A stretch of DNA of 64,000 bases from the NCBI GenBank assembly GCA_977017645.1, contig OZ360232.1, forward strand, positions 37,696,001 to 37,760,000, written 5' to 3'. The DNA is from Torpedo marmorata. Lineage: Eukaryota. A model generated the notes under the pieces. It did not search any database. It saw only the letters and a program-made list of their open reading frames with translations, and had not been told where the DNA came from. Position numbers and translations under genes: made by a program. The stretch's first letter is position 1. Each line of letters begins with the position of its first letter. Positions 1 through 12,200 of this stretch are shown in pieces.

Positions 1-525
1 CGAAGGGCCTGTACTGTGCTGTAGTGTTCTATGCGCTATGTTCTATTGATGCAAAGCTTATTACAAATTATTTAGAACTCTTCAGAGAAGTTGTAAAATA
101 TCAATACTTGGAATTCGAAAATGGTCTTATGGGGGAAGAATAGGTTAGGTAAGCTGGTATTGGATGCACTTGAGAAGAGCGAGAGCGGATTTGCGTGAAA
201 CAGTTATATCCTGATGGATGTTCACCCGATTATGCTGAAGACGATGTTTTATCTTAGACCATAATAAAAAGGACATCACTTTAGAACAGAGATGAGGAGA
301 AATTTCGTCAGCCAGAGGGTGCTGAATCTATGGAATTCTTTATCACAAGGGGCTGTGGAGGCCAAGTCATCGGGTATGTTTGGGCGTAAAAGGTGATGGG
401 GAGAACGTCAGAGAATGGGGTTGAAAGGAAACAATACATCAGCCATGATTGGAATGGCGGAGCAGCTTGACGTACTGAATGACTTAATTCTGCTGCAAGA
501 TCATGTGGTCTTATGTACTTATTAT
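1..525 (+). mobile_element. Two degraded CR1 LINE 3' fragments
   Basis: 1-46 is a CR1-type tail (gggcctgtactgtgctgtagtgttctat). About 285-380 encodes a CR1 ORF2 C-terminus-like peptide (RTEMRRNFVSQRVLNLWNSL..AVEAKS), followed by a CR1-type 3' UTR. Confidence 0.7.
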
Positions 526-1504
526 TTGCTCTTTTAGGACAATTTAGAAACACTGTTTGAAAATAAGCGGTTGCCCATCAAAACGAAATAAAGATATCTT
601 GGAACATCATGCGTCACTGTAATTCTTTTGAATATGTCAAAGCAGAGGCAGATAAATACATGCAATAATGAGCAAAGGATGAAAGGTTAGTGTGGAATAT
701 GACAAGGTTACAAATAGATCAGTCATTGTCGTAATGAATGAAAGAGCAGAATTTCGGGACGGAGTTGCCCGCTCCTGGTCTTCAATGGTCCATTCAGATG
801 TCAACCGAATGTTTGCAGTCACATTGGGATTCACTCCACCAAATATAATTCCGAAAAAAAAGCCCAAGGTATGGAAAGTCCTGAAGAGTATGGCGAGATG
901 AAAAGATTGGAATTTCACAGAGACATAATAGTACAACATAGATAAGGGCCTTCGGTCCATCACACCCATGCCGATCTCATTATAGTGACTTCAATCCAAC
1001 AATAGTCACTTGGAGGCTAGGTGAGATACTTGTTTTTGACGCGTTTCAATTAATTTACTAACAAAGTCCGATATGTTCAAAAAACTTTATTTACACACGT
1101 GATTTGCAGCAATCTTTAATGATTTAAATATCTTCTTTAAACGAAATATAAACATTTCTTGATAACGATGTTTAATGAATTCCTTTAAACGATTCCTTTG
1201 ACTGTATTTAAATGTTCAATGTAACGACTTTAAAGACTTTAAACCATCAATGAAACGATCCATGAAACGGTCAATAAAAGATATGGCAATCTCACTCACC
1301 CTCCTCCATCACCATCTTTTCCTACACTTTTTCCCGATTCGCGCATGCTCAATGCGCATATTCCACCGCGAATACTCCACTGCGCACTCTACACCGCGTA
1401 CACTGCCGTCAATTCTCAACTGCGCATGCGCCCGTCGGTACTCTAGCGCATGCACAGAGAACTAAATAGGCCTAGCAAGGCCTACAAACACCGGCAATCC
1501 TCCG

Positions 1505-2121
1505 TGTAAGAGCCGTAGGCTTAATAACGTACCTTGGTCGCGGTGCTCCGATGCCTCGACGTGTTATGGAGGAGTCGCGGTGTCTGCAGGTCGTCCTCGG
1601 CATGTTTAGTTTTCTGCGCATGCGCTGGAGTTCCGACGGGCGCATGCGCAGTCTGGAATTGACGTCGTTGTGCACGGTGTAGTGTGGGAGATGTAGTGTG
1701 CGCGGTGGAGCGTGCGCAATGGAATAGGAGCGATGGAGCAGGCGCGAATCGGAAAGAATAGGAAATAGATGGTGACGTAGGAGGGTGAGTGAGATCTCCA
1801 TATATTTTATTGACCGTTTCATAGATCGTTTCATACATCGTTTCATAGTCGTTTCATTGAACATTGAACTAGTTACTTTGTGGTTTAAAATCGTTTATTT
1901 GAACATCTAAATACAGTCTAAGGAATCATTTAAAGGAACTCATCATACATCCTTATCAAGAAGTGTTTATATTTAAGTCATTGAAGATTACTGCAAGTCA
2001 TGTGTGTAAATAAAGTTTTTGAACATATTGGACTTTGTTGGTAAATTAATTGAAACACGTCAAAGACAAGTATCTCACTTAGCCTCCAGGTGACTATTTT
2101 TGGATCGAAGTCACCATAATA
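1505..2121 (+). repeat. 5' LTR of inner BEL/Pao element (~617 bp)
   Basis: Direct repeat of 6619-7088 plus 8136-8252. CpG-rich 5' half with GCGCATGCGC motifs; AATAAA near 2009. Confidence 0.93.
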
Positions 2122-2573
2122 TAGTCAATAAAAGAGGCTGTTTGGAACAGAAAATTGAAGGAAAGAAGATAGAATAATCTCTGTGCTTTGGACAGATATT
2201 TAAAATAAAATGGTGGCCATCTTGAAGATGCCTCGAGTTGGGGGCAGTTTGTAATCCACATCCATCTGCCATGAGTAACAGCCAGAGAGGGATTTAAAGC
2301 TTCAAATCTTATAGTAAAGTGTCCTATAAATACGTTGGAGAAACCATTTTTGGAAAATCAGCGATATTATTGACGGATGTTGTGGCTGAAACTCGTTTGT
2401 GAATAGCAGCACATTATAGTCATTTGAAGTGGTAGGCATAAGTCTGTGGACTCCTTCTGTGTATCTTTGGCAAGTAAGAACACAGATTGGAATTGCTGCC
2501 GCTGGTCCATTGGGGACTGTTTATTTGGCTAGTGTTGTGTATGCTTGAAGGACAGAGGAACAAGACGAGTAAA

Positions 2574-5500
2574 ATGGCTGCAGCAGCCTCTGATACAGCA
2601 GTCACTGATGTATCAGCAGCTGATGCAGCAACCGCTGATGTTGCTATTGAGGACCAACATATTGAAGACATGAAGGTGGCGGATATTAAAGAAGAATGGA
2701 AGCGACTGAAAAAGGACATAAGTGGAAATAAAAAGGTTCTTATCAAAAGATTGAAGCTGGTAAACGATGAAGAGGCAACGTCATCAGATGAACAAGAAGA
2801 TAACGTGGAAATGGCTGAAATTGTGTGACCAAATGATGAAGAAAATAATGAAGATATTGAAGAGGTTGAAGATGCAAAGGATATACAATTCGAATTGTAT
2901 AAAGAGGTAAGTATGAAGACAACATATGAACTGCAGGACGAAATACAAGCAAGTGACCGTGTCTCAAATTCTAAAAGCAGGAGAAGCAAAAGAAGTTCTG
3001 GTTCGAGTTCCAGAGTTTCTCGTACTTCAAGTTCTGCATCGTCACGTACAAAGATTGATGTTAAATTGGCTGCTCTTCTTGCACAACAAAAAACGCTTAA
3101 AGATACATATATTTTAGAACAAGAGGAGGAGCAGCTAAGACAAAAGGAGGAGCAGCTAAAGGAGCAGCTAAGACAAAAGGAGGAGCAACTAAAAGAGCAG
3201 CTAAGACAAAATGAGAAGCAGCTAAAGGAGCAGCTAAGACAAGAGAAAGAGCAGCTAAGGCAGAGAAAAGAACAGCAGGAGCTGGAAGCAAAAATTGCTA
3301 TTGCCAAGGCAGAAAAGAAAGCAATAGAAGGCTCAATGGTATCTGGTGCTAGAAGTAAATTATCGAAAGTGTCTGATAATAAAAGGTCATATTTAAAGCA
3401 GGAGTCACAGGATAAGAAACCAACCAAAAGGATAGATATTTTAGAACCAAGGATACAAGACTTGCATATACAAGAACAAACCTTTCAAGAGCATATTGGT
3501 ATCGAGTCACATGTACCAGTGGTAACATCTGAAAGCAAAGCTGCGGCTTGGGTTCAGTCGAACGAAGCAGCTTCTTTGTTATTTCAGTCAAGCATCAGAA
3601 ATATGGAAGAAACTACACCAGTGAGGTTTCTAGATACATTACCTGCAACAAGAGACGGTGAACAGAGCAATGTATTGTCATCCAAGGAAAGACAGAATGA
3701 AACTGCAGCATCATTGTTTCAGTTACAGTCTCTCTCTTCTTTACCCAAGAAAGAGATACAAACTTTTGATGGTGATCCACTTCAGTATCAATCATTTATG
3801 AAATCTTTCAAACGCAATATTGAAAATAAATGTCAAGATCGTGATGAATGTCTTTATTATTTGGAAATGTTCACAAAGGGACATCCAAAAGAACTGGTAA
3901 AGAGTTGTCAACAAATGTCTTCAGAAAGAGGATTAGACAAAGCTGAAGCTTTACTGGAACAATATTTTGGCAAAAAGCATCGAATTGCTTTAGCTTATAT
4001 AGATAAAGCTCTTAAATGGACATCAATAAAACAAAATGGTGTAAAGGCTCTGCAAGAATATACTCTATTTTTAAGAGGATGTTGTAATGCTATGGAAGAT
4101 ATCAATAATATTCGTGAGCTTGAAGTGCATAGTAATATGCGAATCATCTTAGAAAAATCACCTTACAAGTTATGGGATAGATGGAGAAATTTGGCTTGTG
4201 ATTTACAAGTAAATTACGGTCGAAAAGCTACCTTAAAGGATTTGGTAAATTTTCTTGAACGACAGGTGTACGTTGAAACAGATCCACTATATGGAAATAC
4301 CAGAGATAATTCAATGGGCAAAGATGTAAGGAGGTCTAAATCACAGCCTAGTCCAAAATTGAAAAGGAGTTCTTTTGCTACTAATGTGTCAGTTATAAAT
4401 AAAGAAAAGGACAAAGTAAATAAGGAAAAGGAAAGTTTGCCTGATGAAAAGAGTTGTTTATTCTGTAAAGGTGGACATGCATTGGAAATGTGTTTACGAT
4501 TGGAAATAAAGGAACGTAAGGAGAAGATCGCTTTCTTAAAGGAAAATGGAATATGTTTTAGCTGTCTGTGTATAGGGCACATCAGTAAAACCTGCAAGAA
4601 GCGAATTAATTGTAACATATGCAATTTGAAACATCCTAGAATTTTCCATATCCATAACGGAAACAAGGAAATGGAAAAGGAGCAAACAGAAAGAAAGGAA
4701 ACAACAGAAAACAATGTTATAACCTCGATTCAGACAAGTGGTCTTACCAGGGCCGGTGTGGATAACTGCAAACTTTCGATAGTGCCTGTACAAATCAAGA
4801 CCAAGAAAGGGGATGCAACAGTACAAACATATGCATTTCTAGACCCAGGCAGCACTGCATCTTTTTGCACGGAAGGACTAATGAATAAATTAATGTTCAA
4901 GGAAGAAGATCAAGAATTATGTTAAAAACCATGGGACAAGTAAAGGTCGTTGAAACTAGCATTGTTTCATGCTAAGAGGTTGCTGGATTATATGACAAAA
5001 ACTTTGTGATCTTCCAAGTTTATATACTCAGAAGACTATGCCTGTGCATGAAGGAAATATTCCTCATCAAAAATATATCCATAATTTAGCTTATCTGTGG
5101 AAGGTTTATTTACCTAAAATTAATTCTGAGATAGAAATGCTGATTGGTTCAGATGTGCCAAAGTTTTTGGAACCACTAGAAGTAATACAGAGTAGAAGGA
5201 ATGGACCTTACGTTATTAAAACTAAGCTTGGTTGGACAATCAATGGACCATTGAAAAGAAATAATGATATTGCTCAGGAACAGTTAGCGATAAATATTAA
5301 TAGAATTTCGGTTGTGAAAGTTGAAGAGTTAAGCGAAGAGCAAAAAACTGTTAATTATAAAATCACTTTTGAAGAAAAGAAAACAGATCAATGTGAAAAT
5401 AAATCAAAGGTATTTGAAACAACATTAAAGGAATTATTTTCATCAGAAATGGATGAAAGTGAAGTATTAGAAGATATTGCAAATAATACTATTGATTATT

Positions 5501-6412
5501 CATGTGTAATTGAATCAGATACAGGAATAGAACAAGTGACTGAAAACAAATCTGAATGTAGATTTTGTAGTTCAGAGATTACAACAGACAAAGCTAATGA
5601 AGAAATATTGCAATGTGATGTAAAACTGGAGAACACAGAAAATTTAAAAGGTTGGAGGAAGAGATTAATATTTTGAAAGAGAACAAGTTATTGGTTAATA
5701 ACACAAAACAGTTGACATTAAAAAACAATCAAGAATGTAAATTGAATGTTCAGCTATTAACAATGCAGAAAGAGTGTGATATTGCATTGCAGAAATGTAA
5801 CAAGCAAGATGAAGAAATTAAAAAAAAAAAAGTTTGCCACAGCAGGATTGACAATAGAAATATCAATGTATCACATGATATTTTGACTTCAGATCAAATT
5901 ATTAATTTCTCGGAAAGAACTGAGACTGAATTGAAAGTTGCAAAATTGTATTTGGAATTGCAGGAAAGAGCAAGAGAAACCAGAGTGGTTAAACAGGCCT
6001 GTTTATTAAAATCGAAAGGATCAAATAAATATTCAAATTCTAGTTCTAAGAGTTTAAATTCTTCACATGAGAAGTGGAATGCTGAAGAAAGGAACAAAGT
6101 GAAACGACATGCTGAAGAAGTGCCTCGTTTTAAATTCAAAAGAAAAACTGTATCTATTTTGTCTGAGGAAGATTTGAGGTTTACTGGTCGACGTTTTAAC
6201 TCAAAGATTATGGAGATAAACGAACTTTAAAGAGACCTTGTAATTATTATGGATAATTCAACTCCAAGAAACTCCTGGTTAGGTGAAAAAATTATTGAGA
6301 CTATTCAAGACGAAAGGGGACTTGTGCGTCAAGTGCGAATTAAAACTAAGACTGGCTTTCTACATAGACCTATTAACAAGGTCTGCCTTTTGTTGGAGAC
6401 AGAGGAACTTTG
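2574..6412 (+). pseudogene. Disrupted Gag-protease-X polyprotein of inner BEL/Pao element
   Basis: ATG 2574; in-frame TGA at 2826 (Ser in the other copy). SAP-like motif, coiled coil, DUF1759-like FDGDPLQY, three Zn knuckles (CLFCKGGHALEMC, CFSCLCIGHISKTC, CNICNLKHPRIFH), aspartic protease YAFLDPGS, Pao-type [18 protein letters not shown], and an integrase C-terminal tail (..RPINKVCLLLE). No RT/RNaseH/DDE motifs seen. Confidence 0.88.
3129..3270 (+). repeat. 33-bp coding tandem repeat (EQLRQKEEQLK)n in Gag
   Basis: Unit gagcagctaagacaaaaggaggagcagctaaag, about 4 copies; fewer copies in the outer element. Confidence 0.9.
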
Positions 6413-7084
6413 ATAAGTACAAACGGACGTTATTTGTTATTGTATACTTCACAGGTTACAGACTTTTTTTGATTCAGAGTTTTGGTAAACTCTGGTTTTA
6501 TGAAGAAAGAAGAAAGAAGATTTGTATATTGTTTGAATGTTATGGTTATTGTTATTTATAATTTATTGTGTAATTATTATTTAAGACATTGCGTCTAATT
6601 ATAATAATTAGGGGCCAGTGTAAGAGCCCGAGGCTCAATAACTTACCTTGGTCGTGGTGCTCCGATGCCTCGATGTGTTATGGAGGAGTCGCGGTGTCTG
6701 TAGGCCGTCCTCGGCCTGTTTAGTTCTCTGCGCATGCGCTGGAGTGCCGACGGGCGCATGCGCAGTCTGGAATTGACGTCATTGTGTGCGGTGTAGTGTG
6801 GGAGATGTAGTCTGCACGGTTGAGCGTGTGCAATGGAATGGCGACGTAGGAGGGTGAGTGAGATCTCCATATCTTTTATTGACCGTTTCACAGATCGTTT
6901 CATACATCGTTTCATAGTCGTTTCATTGAACATTAAACTAGTTACTTTGTGTTTTAAAATCGTTTATTTGAACATCTAAATACAGTCTAAGGAATCATTT
7001 AAAGGAACTCATCATACATCGTTATCAAGAACTGTTTATATTTAAGTCATTGAAGATTACTGCAAGTCACGTGTGTAAATAAAG

Positions 7085-8135
7085 TTTTTTTTTGTTTTTT
7101 TTTGGACATAACACTTTTATTTTAAAAATCTAAATAAAATGTTAATTTCAGCAGGTCAACCATTTTCAATGGAATTAGCATTAATGTTTCAATGTTAATT
7201 TTATATGTCTCTCCTCTAATTTTCAGCATTTGCATTATTTATTACTTCCATTTCATTTTTAAAAAATATTTTATTTAAAATTTGAAATAACAAAATACAT
7301 AAAATAAAATATGAAATTATCAATATATTTGTGATACATTTTCACCCCCCCTCCCACCCTCCCCTCCCCAACCCTCCCAACCCCACTAATCTAATAAAAT
7401 AAAATATAAAATAAAATAAAGAAACGAAAGAAAAAGATAGAGTAAGGAGAATGTCAATCTAAAAAAAGAAATACATCTATAGACCAATTCTATTATGGAT
7501 GTCAGGTAGCCAGTAGATCCGATGTCTAGAGATCTTCAAATCCTTAAACCAACAGCTTTCATATATGGGCTCCATATTTTTAAAAAGAAATGATATTTAT
7601 TACGTAAATTATAAGTAATTTTTTCAAGTGGTATACATGAACGAAGTTCCGCATGCCATCTTTCTAACCCTAAATCTAAATCAGATTTCCAAGTAATAGC
7701 AATAGATTTCTTTGAAACAGCTAAAGCAATTCACAGATATTCTATTTGATACATATTTAATTTAATCTTAAAACTAAATTTTCTAATATCTCCAAACAAA
7801 AATATCATAGGATCCATTGGAAATATAATCTTAAATACTTTATCGAAATTTTTTTTAACTTTCAACCAGAAATCATAAACGTTTGGACAAAATCATGTAG
7901 AATGTACAAAAGAACCTTCCTCTTTATTACATCTAAAACATAAACCTGATAATGTCGGATTAAATTTCTTTAATTTTTTAGGTGTTAAATATAATTGATG
8001 AAAAAATTTGTATTGTACTAATCTATATCTAACATTAATAATCTTCATCTTACTTAATTTACATAATTCTTTCCAATGATTTTCATCTATTGTTACATTC
8101 AAATCTAATTCCCATTTTAATCTTGATTTATGAAT
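7085..8135 (-). mobile_element. 5'-truncated L1-clade LINE inserted into the inner 3' LTR
   Basis: Poly(T) at 7085-7103. TSD TGTAAATAAAGTTTT at 7074-7088 and 8136-8150. ORF 7893-8102 resembles the L1 ORF2 C-terminal Cys-rich region (QYKFFHQLYLTP..CFRC..EGSFVH). Confidence 0.88.
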
Positions 8136-11100
8136 TGTAAATAAAGTTTTTGAACATATTGGATTTTGTTGTTAAATTAATTGAAACGCGTCAAAGACAA
8201 GTATCTCACTTGGCCTCCAGATGACTATTGTTGGATCGAAGTCACCATAATACTCCGTAACCCGCCGAGACCATTGGAGCGCCATGACCAAGGTAAGTAA
8301 TTAAGCTTATGGCTCTTACACCGGCCCCTAATTATTATAATTAATGCAATGTCTTAAATAATAATTACACAATCAATTATGAATAACAATAACCATATAA
8401 CATTCAAACAATATACAAATCTTCTTTCTTCTTTCTTCATGAGACAGGAGTTTACCATAACTCTGAATCAACAAAAGTCTGTAACCTGTAAAGTATAGAA
8501 CAACAAATAAAGTTAGTTTGTATTTATCAAAGTTCCTCCGTCTCCAACAGAAGGCAGACCTTGTTAATAGGTCTACTTAGAAAGCCAGTCTTAGTTTTAA
8601 TTTGCACTTGACGCACATGTCCCCTTTTGTCCTGAATAGTCTCAACAATTTTTACAAGTAACCAGTAGTTTCTTGGAGTTAAATTATCCATAATAATTGC
8701 AATGTCTCTTCAAAGTTCTTTTATGTCCAGAATCTTTGAGTTAAAACGTCGACCAGTAAACCTCAAATCTTCCTCAGACAAAATAGATACAGTTTTTCTT
8801 TTGAATTTAACACGAGGCACTTCTTCAGCATGTCGTTTCACTTTATTCCTTTCTTCAGCATTCCACTTCTCATGTGAAGAATTTAAACTCTTAGAACCAG
8901 AATTTGAATGTTTATCTGATCCTCTCTATTTTATTAAACGAGTCTCTTTAACCACTCTGGTTTCTTTTGCCTTTTCCTGCAAATTCCAAATCCAATTTTG
9001 CAACTTTCAATTCAGTCTCAGTTCTTTCCGAGAAATTAATAACTTGGATTGAAGTGAAAATATCATATGATACATTAGTATTTCTATTGTCAACCCTGCT
9101 GTGGTTACATTTCTGCAATGCAATATCACTTTCTTTCTGCATTGTTAGTAGCTGAACATTCAATTTACATTCTTGATTGTTTTCTATAGTCAACTGTTTT
9201 GTGTTATTAACCAATAACTTGTTCTCTTTCAAAATATTAATCTCTTCCGCCAACCTTTTTACATTTTGATAATACTGAATCTCTTTCCTCAATAACTGTA
9301 TTCATTTCTTCAGCAGTTATTCTTTTCTTCCGCTTTCTGACTTTGCGAATTTTACTTACAATTAAATCTTTCTGTTTACTGGTTTCATGATTATCTACTA
9401 TTTCCAATTCACCTTTCAACATTTTATTCTCTGAATTCAATTGCATTAAATTATCATTCACATTCTTCTTTATTCCATCAGCACAATTTTCTGCGTTATC
9501 CATTTTAACATCACATTGCAATATTTCTTCATTGTCTTTGTTCGTTGTAACCTCTGAACTACAAAATCTACTTTCAAATTTGTTTACGGTCACTTATTTT
9601 ATTCCTGTATCTGATTCAATTACACATGAATAATCAATAGTATTATTTGCAACATCTTCTAATACTTCATTTTCATTCATTTCTGATGAACATAATTCCT
9701 TCAATGTTGTTTTAAATACCTTTGATTTATTTTCACAATGATCTATTTTCTTTTTTTCAAAAGTGTTTATCTTATTCACAGTCTTTTGCTCTTCCCTTAA
9801 CTCATCAACTTTCACAACCGAAATCCTGTTAATATTTATCACTAACTGTTCCTGAGCAATATCATTATTTCTTTCCAATGGTCCATTGATTGTCCAACCA
9901 AGCTTGGTTCTATCAGCGTAAGGTCCATTCTTTCCACTGTGTATTACTTCTATTGGTTCCAAATCCTTTGGCACATCTGAACCAATCAGCATTTCTATCT
10001 CAGAGTTAATTTCAGTTAATTAAACCTTCCACAGATAAGACAAATGATGGATATCATTTTGATGACGAATGTTTCCTTCATGCACAGGCATAGTCTTCCG
10101 AGTGTATAAACTTGGAAGATCACAAAAATTTTTGTCATCCAATCCAGCAACCTCTAAACATGAAACAATGCTAGTTTCAACGACCTTTTCTTGTTCCATG
10201 GTTTTCAACATAGTTCTTGACCTTCTTCCTTCAATATTAAGTTTGTTCATTAGTCCTTCCGTGCAAAGATATGCAGTGCTGCCTGGGTCTATAAATGCAT
10301 ATGTATGTACTTTTGCATCCCCTTTCTTGATCTTGACTTGTACTGGCACTATTGAAAGTTTGCACTTATCTGTACTGGCCCCGGTAAGACCACTTGTCTG
10401 AACCGAGGTTATAACATTGTTTTCTGATGTTTCCTTTGTTTCTGTTTGCTCCTTTTCCAATTCCTTGTTTCGTTGATGGATTTGCAACATTCTAGGATGT
10501 TTCAACTTACATATGTTACACTTAAGTCGCTTCTTGCAGTTTTTATTGATGCACCCTATACACAGACAGCTAAAACATATTCCATTTTCCTTTAAGAAAG
10601 CGATCTTCTCATTATGTTCCTACTTTTCCAACCGTAAACACATTTCCAAAGCATGTCCACCTTTACAGAACAAACACTCTTTTCACCAGGCAAACTTTCC
10701 TTTTCCTTATCTACTTTGTCATTTTCTTTATTTACAACTAACTCACTAGTAGCAAAAGAGCTCCTTTTCAATTTCTGACTAGGCTGTGAGTCAGACCTCC
10801 TTACATATTTTCCCATTGAATTGTCTCTGGTATTTCCATATATTGGATCTTTTTCAATGTAGTTCAACGTCGTTCAAGAAAATTTGCCAAATCCTTTAAG
10901 GTAGCTCTTCGACCGTAATTTCCTTGTAAATCACAAGCCAAATTTCTCCATCTATACCATAACTTGTAAGGTAATTTTTCTGAGATGATTCGCATATTAC
11001 CAGGCACTTCAAGCTCACGAATATTATCGATATCTTCCATGGCATTACAACATCCTCCTAAAAATAGAGTATATTCTTGTAGAGCCTTTACATAATTTTG

Positions 11101-12146
11101 TTTTATTGATGTCCATTTAAGAGCTTTAATCATATAAGCTAAAGCAATTCGATGCTTGTTGCCAAAATGTTCTTCTAGTAAAGCCTTAGCTCTGTCTAAT
11201 CCTCTTTCTGAAGACATATGTTGACAACTCTTTACAAGTTCTTTTGGATGTCCCTTTGTGAACATTTCCAAATAATATAGACATTCATCACGATCTTGGC
11301 ATTTATTTTAAATATTGCATTTGAAAGATCTCATAAATGATTGCTACTGAAGTGGATCACCATCAAAAGTTTGTATCTCTTTCTTGGGTAAAGAAGAGAG
11401 AGACTGTAACTGAATCAATGATGCAGCAATTTCATTTTGTCTTCCTTTTGTTTCAGGTAATGTATCTGTAAGCCTCACTGGTATATTTTCTTCCATATTT
11501 CTGATGCTTGACTCAAATAACAAGGAAGCTGCATCGTTCGACCAGACCCAAGCCACAGCGTTGTCTTCAGATGTTACCACTGGTACATGTGACTCAAAAC
11601 TAATATGCTCTTGAAGGATTTGTCCTTGTATTTGCAAGTCTTGTACCTTTGGTGCTAAAATATCTACCCTATTGGTTCGTTTTTTCCTGTGACTCTTTTA
11701 AAAAATATGACCTTTTATTATCAGACACTTTAGATAATTTACTTCTTGCACCAGATTCCATTGAGCCTTCTATTGTTTTTTTTGCCTTTGCAATGGTAAT
11801 GTTTGCTTCCAGCTCCTGCTTTCCTTTCTCTGCTTTAGCTGCTCCTTCTCTTGTCTTAGCTGCTCCTCCTTTTGTCTTATACGCTCCTCCTTTTGTTCTA
11901 AAATATGTTTATCTTTAAGCATTTTTTGTTGTGCAAGAAGAGTGGCCAAGTTCACATCAATCATTGTACGTGATGATGCATAACTTGAAGTATGAGAAAC
12001 TCTGGAACTTGAACCAGAACTTCTTTTGCTTCTCCTGCTTTCAGCATTTGAGACACTGTCACTTTCTTGTATTTCGTCCTGCAGTTCATATGTTGTCTTC
12101 ATACTTAGCTCGTTCACCAATTCGAATTGTAGATCCTTTGCATCTT

Positions 12147-12200
12147 CATCCTCTTCATTTTCTTCATCCTCTTCATTTTCTTCATCCTCTTCATTTTCTT
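12147..12200. repeat. 18-bp tandem repeat (catcctcttcattttctt) x3 encoding an acidic Gag segment
   Basis: Three exact units visible in the sequence. Confidence 0.9.

Larger units (their letters stand above)
1505..8252 (+). mobile_element. Inner BEL/Pao-type LTR retroelement inserted into the 3' LTR of the outer copy
   Basis: 5-bp TSD CTCCG at 1500-1504 and 8253-8257; the uninterrupted LTR at ~13811 has a single CTCCG. LTRs are 1505-2121 and 6619-8252 (the latter split by L1), both starting TGTAAGAGCC. PPT aggggccag precedes 6619. Confidence 0.95.

Noticed and set aside
1250-1864. Recurring short ORFs (MKRSMKRSIK..) also at 6643 and 13573
   Set aside because: They lie within LTR copies and differ in frame and length; recurrence reflects LTR repetition.
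3129-3270. CRISPR-like or other prokaryotic repeat array
   Set aside because: Contiguous coding tandem repeat with no spacers, in vertebrate DNA.
2420-3427. 335-aa minus-strand Ser/Cys-rich ORF
   Set aside because: Antisense shadow of the repetitive Glu/Gln/Lys-rich gag frame; not intact in the second copy.
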